Shown: piece after piece, positions 58,156 through 64,000 of the stretch
Position numbering within the stretch: position 1 is the stretch's first letter
Layout of the letters: each line of letters opens with the position of its first letter
Assembly: GCA_964486455.1 (NCBI GenBank)
Contig: CAZAMP010000007.1
Coordinates: forward strand, 18,280-82,279
Length of the DNA stretch: 64,000 bases
From: an uncultured bacterium
GTDB taxonomy: Bacteria; Eisenbacteria; RBG-16-71-46; CAZAMP01
Direction of reading: 5' to 3'
Notes under the pieces: generated by a model
What the model was told of the DNA's origin: nothing
Databases searched by the model: none
What the model saw: only the letters and a program-made list of their open reading frames with translations
Program-made: the position numbers and the translations under genes

Positions 58156-58839
58156 TTAGTGCGGCCGCACCTTGCCTTTTGCCGCGCCGCCCCCCGAAGC
58201 ACCCGGTGCAACCTGTCCCGGCTGCTTCATCTTCACGGGCTCGTCGGACGTGCCGGGCGCCGAATCCATCGGCTTCAGCTCCTGCGTCGCCTGGATCCGT
58301 TCGACGAAGTCCAAGCCGGCGACCTGACCCATGACGCTCGCCGGCGCTTCGAAGGCGACCACTCTCCCCTCCGCGCTACCGAGCGTGACACCGAGGGCCT
58401 CGAGCATGGCGCGATGCTCGTCCGTCGCGTCGCCCTTGAGGAGCGCAGTCGCGCCCATGGCCGACGTCTCCTCCTTGGCAAGCGCGCCGAGCATTTGCAT
58501 GCGAAGCATCGAATCGAACTTCGTCGCGGCGTCCTTTCCACAGAAGAAGCCCGCGCTCTCCACACCCGTCGCGGCCGCGGCCGCCAGGAACCCCGTCTTG
58601 GATCCGGAGACCATCTTGAATCCACCCGCTTCACCGACAACGGATAGTCCCGCGGCTTCGACCGCCGCCGTGAGATCCGTCCCTTCGGCCGTGTGGATCA
58701 ACCAGACCGCTTCGTCGGCGGCAACCATGGTTCCGAGACGACCCCGCGTATCGTCGTCCACGCTCACCGGGACGTCCTCAGGCACCGCACAGCCCATGCC
58801 GATGAGGAGCACCAACAGGGCAAACAAGCCGTATCGCAT
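58156..58839 (-). CDS. Hypothetical lipoprotein
   Basis: Second ATG chosen for RBS spacing (gaggag). Signal peptide + lipobox LLIGMGC. Ala/Gly-rich. Confidence 0.5.
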   Translation of the reverse strand: MRYGLFALLVLLIGMGCAVPEDVPVSVDDDTRGRLGTMVAADEAVWLIHTAEGTDLTAAVEAAGLSVVGEAGGFKMVSGSKTGFLAAAAATGVESAGFFCGKDAATKFDSMLRMQMLGALAKEETSAMGATALLKGDATDEHRAMLEALGVTLGSAEGRVVAFEAPASVMGQVAGLDFVERIQATQELKPMDSAPGTSDEPVKMKQPGQVAPGASGGGAAKGKVRPH

Positions 58840-58868
58840 CGCCATTCTCCTCTTCGAGTGAAAGACCG

Positions 58869-61811
58869 TTACTTCAAGAGCGTCATGCGCCGCGTGATCT
58901 GCGACTCCGGTGTCGTCAGCCGATAGAAGTAGTTGCCCGACGCAAGCTGGCGACCCATGTCATCGCGACCGTCCCATGTCACGTTGTTCATTCCGACCTG
59001 ACGAAGTTCGCTCACGAGCGTGCGGACGACGCGGCCGCTCAGGTCGAAGACCTCGAGCTGCACGTGTGCTTCGGCATCCAGAACGAAGCTGATCGTGGTG
59101 CCCGGGCTGAACGGGTTCGGGCTGTTCCACGTGATGTTCGCCCGCCCACCGGCAAGCGCGCCGTCCATCTCGACCACGATCGGTCCGTACATCTTCGAAC
59201 CGCTCTGCAGGATCTCCTCGAGCCAATAGAAGTAGGTCCGTCCGGATCTTGCCGTGCGGTCGATGAACTGACTCTCTTCGATCGTCAGATGATCGTTGTG
59301 AAGCGCCTGATACGGACCCTCGGCCGCCGTGGCACGTGAGACCACAAAGCCGATCGTGTTCGCGGAGTCCGTCACGCGCCAGCGGATGAGCACGCTTCCG
59401 TCGGGCTGGACCCGTCCGGTGAAGCTCTCGAGATCGACCGGTGTGGCATCAAGCGCGCCGTCGGCATCGAGGAGCCCGTGCCCGAACCATGGGTTCCAGT
59501 TGCCGAGGCTCGATTCCGAAGCCGTGATACGAACGTCGTCGAAGAACCAAGAGTCGGCGTCGGTGCCCTGGTAGACCCATCCCAGCTCGACGGTTTGCCC
59601 GGTGTAGGCGGAGAGATCGATTCCCGTCTCGTGTACCCAGTCATCGGGAACCGTTGGGTAGTTGCCAATCTCCGCCGCAAGGTACGTCCGAACGGTCGTG
59701 AACGCGCCCCCGCCGGCCTGCCGGATGCCGACCGTGTGTGGGGAGTCGGCCATGTTCGGCGACTCGAAACCGTGCCAGTAGTCGAGCGTGATCGTACCGC
59801 TTGCAGGAAGCGAGATCGGCGGCGAGATCATCGTCTCGATCTGGTTCGCGCCCGATCCGCTTTGCAGACAGTACGCACTGTTGTCCGGGCTGTGCGACCG
59901 ATAGGTGCCGATCGTCCACGTGTTGCCCTGGTCACCCTCGTCGAGCGCAAGCCAACCGCTCAATCCGCTTTCGAAGTCGTAGCTGTAGACATCGGTCATG
60001 ACCGGCCGCGAGACTCCCCAGGGTCTCGCGCTCCACGCGAGGTAGTTCTGGATATTCTCGGGCGTCGCGTTCGGCGCCGTCTCGAGCAGAAGCGCCACAA
60101 CACCCGCCACGTGCGGCGCCGCCATGCTGGTGCCCTGGAGGATGTGGTGCTTGCCGTCGGGAGCGACCAGCTGCGAGTAGTTCGAAGCATCCTGCGACAG
60201 TGCGGCCATGATCTCAAAGCCGGGCGCCGAGACCTCGGGTTTGTGGCGTCCGTCACGCGTGGGTCCGGGGCTCGTGAAGGGAGCGGCTTCACCAACCTGC
60301 ACCGCGCTCCATGATCCGAGCCACCAGTCACCGACGCAGAGCTGCCCGCCCGAGTTCGGCCAGCAGATGCGTGAGACGTACGCGCCGACGGCCACGGCGT
60401 CCTCCGCGGTCGAGGGTTGCGCGATGAGGTGCGTGTAGTCCGTGTCAATAATCATGCTCGACGCGTTGGAGCCACCCACGGCCCATCCATGAACCGCGCC
60501 GCTGGTCGCGTCGGTGAACGAGAACGTCCACGTGCCGGGGGCGACGGGATTGTCGAGAATCGAGTAGTCGCCGAGCAGCACGAAGATCCGCTTGTCACCG
60601 TTCTCGCCGTCTATGCCCTCGTACGCATTGTCGATCCAGACCGAGCCGTCACCCGTGCCGTCGTCCAGGTACTGAACACCTTGGGTGGGCGGGAACGTGT
60701 GCTCATCCCCGGTCGGTCCTTCGACCGTGATCACGACGTCATCGGAGCCCTCGTACCAGATCTCGAACACGACAAACGTGTCGAGGCCCGTGTCGCGGGA
60801 AACGGTGACGTTGATGCGCCGCGAGAAGCTGCCGGAACCGGAGAAGTGGATCGGATCCTCGCCGCTGTTGCCGGCGGCGACGACCGGGATGACGCCCGGC
60901 CCGCCGACGCCGTCGAGCGCGATCTCGAGGTTCGAGGTGCCGTCATGGGGACCGGAGTGATTGCCCAAGCTCATGTTGATCACGGCGGGCATTCCCAGTT
61001 CGTTCGCCTTGGTCTTTATGTAGTTCATTCCCGCGATGATGTCGCCATCGGCGAAAGAGCCCGTGCCGTCGTTGAACGCCTTGTAGAAGATGATGTTCGC
61101 TTCCTTGGCAACGCCGGTGTAGACGCCGCCCGACTCGCCGCCGTTACCCGCCGCGGTCGCCGTCACGTGCGTGCCGTGGCCGTCGTAGTCGTGCTGGTTT
61201 ATCGTACCCATGCCGTCCAGCGCGTCATTGATATCGGCCTCCGTGTACTCCGTTCCGCCGCCGGCGATGTCATACAGGTACTTGATCCGTGTGTCGCCGT
61301 TCGGAAGAAGGAAGTCGCCGTGTTCCCAGTCGATGCCGGTGTCGATCACGCCGACGATCACGCCGACGCCCGTGTAGCCCGAGGACCAGGCTGCATCGAC
61401 GTCGCTCATGGGAATGCTCTCGTCGAGCAGCGGATAGGAATGCTTCGAGGAGGAAACCCGGAGCACCTCGGGGCGCGCCGCCAGCGCCGTAACCTGTTCA
61501 ATCGGAAGCCAGGCCGTCCAGACCCTCTCCCCCTTCACGCCGATACGAACGCCCGGGATCTCGTCGAGACCGGCCGGGACACCGTCGACGAGCATCGTCA
61601 CGCCGACGCGGAGAACACCATCGTCGCCCTCTCTCGAGCTGAGCAACGGAGATTCCTTGACCGCCTCATCCGTAGCGTCGGCAATCAAATGAAGTCGCAA
61701 GACCGAGTTCAGCTTCTTCGCGATCTCTGGACTCAGGTCAACCGCCCATCCCGGTGCGGCCAGAAGCAACAGCAGGAAGGCGACGAGACCTGAACTAAGT
61801 AGGCGGGACAT
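58869..61811 (-). CDS. Subtilisin-like serine protease (peptidase S8) with C-terminal T9SS-type sorting domain
   Basis: RBS ggggagg. Signal peptide. Catalytic triad blocks VIDTGID (Asp), HGTHVTATAAG (His), GTSMAAPHVAGVVALL (Ser). C-terminus VQLEVFDLSGRVVRTL...VTWDGRDDMGRQLASGNYFYRL. Confidence 0.8.
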   Translation of the reverse strand: MSRLLSSGLVAFLLLLLAAPGWAVDLSPEIAKKLNSVLRLHLIADATDEAVKESPLLSSREGDDGVLRVGVTMLVDGVPAGLDEIPGVRIGVKGERVWTAWLPIEQVTALAARPEVLRVSSSKHSYPLLDESIPMSDVDAAWSSGYTGVGVIVGVIDTGIDWEHGDFLLPNGDTRIKYLYDIAGGGTEYTEADINDALDGMGTINQHDYDGHGTHVTATAAGNGGESGGVYTGVAKEANIIFYKAFNDGTGSFADGDIIAGMNYIKTKANELGMPAVINMSLGNHSGPHDGTSNLEIALDGVGGPGVIPVVAAGNSGEDPIHFSGSGSFSRRINVTVSRDTGLDTFVVFEIWYEGSDDVVITVEGPTGDEHTFPPTQGVQYLDDGTGDGSVWIDNAYEGIDGENGDKRIFVLLGDYSILDNPVAPGTWTFSFTDATSGAVHGWAVGGSNASSMIIDTDYTHLIAQPSTAEDAVAVGAYVSRICWPNSGGQLCVGDWWLGSWSAVQVGEAAPFTSPGPTRDGRHKPEVSAPGFEIMAALSQDASNYSQLVAPDGKHHILQGTSMAAPHVAGVVALLLETAPNATPENIQNYLAWSARPWGVSRPVMTDVYSYDFESGLSGWLALDEGDQGNTWTIGTYRSHSPDNSAYCLQSGSGANQIETMISPPISLPASGTITLDYWHGFESPNMADSPHTVGIRQAGGGAFTTVRTYLAAEIGNYPTVPDDWVHETGIDLSAYTGQTVELGWVYQGTDADSWFFDDVRITASESSLGNWNPWFGHGLLDADGALDATPVDLESFTGRVQPDGSVLIRWRVTDSANTIGFVVSRATAAEGPYQALHNDHLTIEESQFIDRTARSGRTYFYWLEEILQSGSKMYGPIVVEMDGALAGGRANITWNSPNPFSPGTTISFVLDAEAHVQLEVFDLSGRVVRTLVSELRQVGMNNVTWDGRDDMGRQLASGNYFYRLTTPESQITRRMTLLK

Positions 61812-62037
61812 TGAAACCTCCCCGTCGAATGCCCGTGAGAGCTGATCACATTTTCGTGTCGTGGCGCGACCAACGTCGTTGCGGCAATCTAATCTATTGC
61901 GGTGACGCCTTCAACGACGTTGAGAGATGGTTCTCTCAGTGGGCGTTTCGAGGCGTTGAAAGGCCATTGGGACATTCCGATCACGATGATCGGAACTTCT
62001 GGCGGGCGACGCGTGTGGCAACGCAGTGGGAGGTTTC

Positions 62038-62649
62038 ATGCGAGTTGTCCTACGTGCAGTTCTGGTGCTCGGTGCGATGATGGCGATCGTGGGGTGTGAG
62101 TCAGGATCTGAGCCTCGCATCTTCCCGCCGCCCATCCTTCCACCGCCACCTCCGGACCTCACAAGCCCACAAGGCGTCCTCATCAGCTTTGAGATCGCCT
62201 ACCGCTTCAAGGACATCGACGGCTACGCGGCTCTGATCCACGACGACTTCGTCTTCAAGCCCTCCGAGCACTCGCCCGTCGAGTTCGATCAGCTGAACAG
62301 AGCTCAGGAGCTTGCCGCTACCGACTCGATGTTCAAGTTCGTGATCGACATCGAGATTCGAATCGACCAAGGACCTGTCGAGGACTCCACGCACCCCGAC
62401 TACCCGGCGTCGGAGGGCTTCAAGATGATGACGGTGCCGTCCGCCTACATGGCCATCGAGTCGCGCGATGAGGTCGACGGCTCCCCTGTCACGGAACTCA
62501 TGAACGGCGATCCGACCTTCTTCGTGTTCGCGCCCGACTCTTCCGAGAACCCCGTTACGTGGCAGATCATCTGTCACGATGAAGGAGCGGCTTCGGATTC
62601 GACGTGGTTCTGGAGTGTATTCAAGGAGCGCTATCTGCCGGCGCCGTGA
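62038..62649 (+). CDS. Hypothetical lipoprotein (Pro-rich linker)
   Basis: RBS gggagg. Signal peptide + lipobox MMAIVGC. PPPILPPPPPD linker. Confidence 0.5.
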   Translation: MRVVLRAVLVLGAMMAIVGCESGSEPRIFPPPILPPPPPDLTSPQGVLISFEIAYRFKDIDGYAALIHDDFVFKPSEHSPVEFDQLNRAQELAATDSMFKFVIDIEIRIDQGPVEDSTHPDYPASEGFKMMTVPSAYMAIESRDEVDGSPVTELMNGDPTFFVFAPDSSENPVTWQIICHDEGAASDSTWFWSVFKERYLPAP

Positions 62650-62664
62650 GACTATGTGGCGAGA

Positions 62665-63015
62665 CTAGAAGATGAGAACCTTATCTGCCCAGAGCGTCCA
62701 GTCGGTAAGCTCCGCCAACGTGCTCTTGTGACATCCTTCCGCCAGCTCTTCCTCGCGGATGCCGCGCTCGTCCATGCACGTGACGCACACGCCGATCGTG
62801 GCACCCTGATACGACATACCCGAGAGCATCTCCTCGATCTGCGGCACGCCCTGAGCCACCTTCTGATCGCGCTTGGCGCAGACCGCACCGTCCCCAAAGA
62901 GAAAGACGCGAAGCTCGGTCTCCTCTCGCTCCCCAATCGAGCGCGCCAGCTTGAGACCGTTGTAGCTTCGTTGAGAACCGTACGGTGGGGCGTTGATGAT
63001 GACGAGGATCTTCAT
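62665..63015 (-). CDS. DsrE/DsrF-like (YchN-type) sulfur-relay family protein
   Basis: MKILVIINAPPYGSQRSYNGLKLARS...GATIGVCVTCMDERGI pattern of the DsrE family. 116 aa. TAATG overlap with rsmG. Confidence 0.65.
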   Translation of the reverse strand: MKILVIINAPPYGSQRSYNGLKLARSIGEREETELRVFLFGDGAVCAKRDQKVAQGVPQIEEMLSGMSYQGATIGVCVTCMDERGIREEELAEGCHKSTLAELTDWTLWADKVLIF

Positions 63016-63698
63016 TACGACAGACCTTCTTTCGATGTCATACGGATCACCACGCCCGGATGCCATTCCGGCTCGAGCGCCGAGACGTTCGACAGATCGT
63101 CGAACCGTTCGCGGAGTCGCGCCAGCGTTTCTTCCACCGTGCGGCGCGGCGCGAAGACGTGCGCTTCGCCGCCGGGCACGATGAGCCCGCGCACCATCGG
63201 CCAGATCTCATCAGGCGGGGCAACCGCGCGTGCGGTGACGATGTCGTAGCGCGCGGCGTGATCCGGATCCTTCGCCAGCAGTTCGACACGCTCGCGGAGG
63301 ACGCGAATGTTCGCGTGCGGACGCGCGGCGCGATCGAGAAAGAGGGCTTTCTTCCGGATGGATTCTACGAGGCACACCGACCACGCCGGCCGCGCGATGC
63401 CGATGACGAGCCCCGGGAAACCACCGCCGGACCCGACATCGAGCAGCTCAACCGACTCTTCGGCAAGGAACCGCTCGGCGAGTAGCGGCGCGAGGCTGGG
63501 ACCGACGTGCTTCTCGACAACAGCACCGAGTTCTTTCCGGCTGACGAGATTGATTCGTTCGGACCAGTCGATGAGAAGCGTGAGGTAGTCGGTGAGGTGC
63601 GCGGTGGCGGAGTCCGGCAGCGTCACGTCTGCAGCGGCGGTCCGTGTTACGAGATCGGAAAGCGCCGAACGTAGCGAGTCGGCCGACGGTGCGGTCAC
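63015..63698 (-). CDS. rsmG: 16S rRNA (guanine527-N7)-methyltransferase RsmG
   Basis: SAM motif LLDVGSGGGFPGLVIG. GidB-family blocks (LIDWSERINLVS, IVTARAVAP). Confidence 0.8.
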   Translation of the reverse strand: MTAPSADSLRSALSDLVTRTAAADVTLPDSATAHLTDYLTLLIDWSERINLVSRKELGAVVEKHVGPSLAPLLAERFLAEESVELLDVGSGGGFPGLVIGIARPAWSVCLVESIRKKALFLDRAARPHANIRVLRERVELLAKDPDHAARYDIVTARAVAPPDEIWPMVRGLIVPGGEAHVFAPRRTVEETLARLRERFDDLSNVSALEPEWHPGVVIRMTSKEGLS

Positions 63699-64000
63699 GA
63701 CGTTTCGTCGCCCCCGCCTTCGGTGAGGCGGTCCCCCAGCTCGGCGATCTTTCGCCAGAGCGTCGTTCGAGAAACGCCCAGCCGATCGGCCGCCTTCGCG
63801 CGACTCCCACCCTCGGCCTCGAGCGCGTCACGTATCTCTTCCACGCTGAGCTTCTTCTGCGGCCGGCCGCGTTTGCCCTGCATGCTCTTCGGAACGCGGC
63901 GACGGAGGGTTACGGGTGCGAACACGCGGAGTTCCTCGATCCGCTGGAGAAACGCCATCGGGAGATCCTCGGGACGTAGCTCACGTCCGCCGGAGATCAC
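63695..64000 (-). CDS. C-terminal fragment of a sigma-54-dependent (Fis-type HTH) transcriptional regulator; N-terminus beyond window
   Basis: Fis-like HTH GGSRAKAADRLGVSRTTLWRKI at the C-terminus. 4-nt overlap with rsmG. Confidence 0.5.
   Translation of the reverse strand: MISGGRELRPEDLPMAFLQRIEELRVFAPVTLRRRVPKSMQGKRGRPQKKLSVEEIRDALEAEGGSRAKAADRLGVSRTTLWRKIAELGDRLTEGGGDETS

Overview
This is a high-GC (roughly 65-70%) bacterial chromosomal segment, densely coding on both strands. No rRNA, tRNA, CRISPR array or mobile element was found; the tRNA search was by eye only.

Recognisable housekeeping and envelope content:
- an NfeD-stomatin operon
- an ABC-2 transporter with an M24 aminopeptidase
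- HflX
- a class I/II aminotransferase
- a rhomboid protease
- a TlpA-like redoxin and DsbD
- MltD with four LysM repeats
- SpoVG
- a transketolase-family ThDP enzyme
- a TetR-OMF-MFP-RND efflux operon with an AT-rich operator island
- RsmG, a DsrE-like protein, and the C-terminus of a sigma-54-type regulator

The accessory content is dominated by large secreted proteins. At least seven carry the same ~65-aa C-terminal sorting domain, of the T9SS type-A / FlgD-Ig-like kind. They include LamG proteins, a gingipain-like C25 peptidase, an S8 subtilase, and a 1412-aa malectin-CotH-3xLTD protein. One further protein instead carries a PEP-CTERM anchor, which implies an exosortase system in the same organism.

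Most notable observations:
1. One sorting-domain cargo gene is interrupted by an in-frame TGA. The codon sits exactly at the first position of a U-G-G-C motif within a thioredoxin-like fold, and a hairpin follows immediately. This is a candidate selenocysteine protein; the alternative is a pseudogene.
2. A 560-bp purine-rich intergenic region contains duplicated CCGCCGAGGGCU motifs and nested GNRA/GAA-capped hairpins. It may be a structured ncRNA.
3. A DEDD 3'-5' exonuclease is fused to a WYL-like domain.
4. Two translationally coupled genes of unknown function lie next to the efflux operon.

Many long antisense ORFs are present and are treated as GC-driven shadows. Gene starts were refined by hand from RBS and signal-peptide evidence. 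All functional calls are motif-based from the translations; no database search was run.
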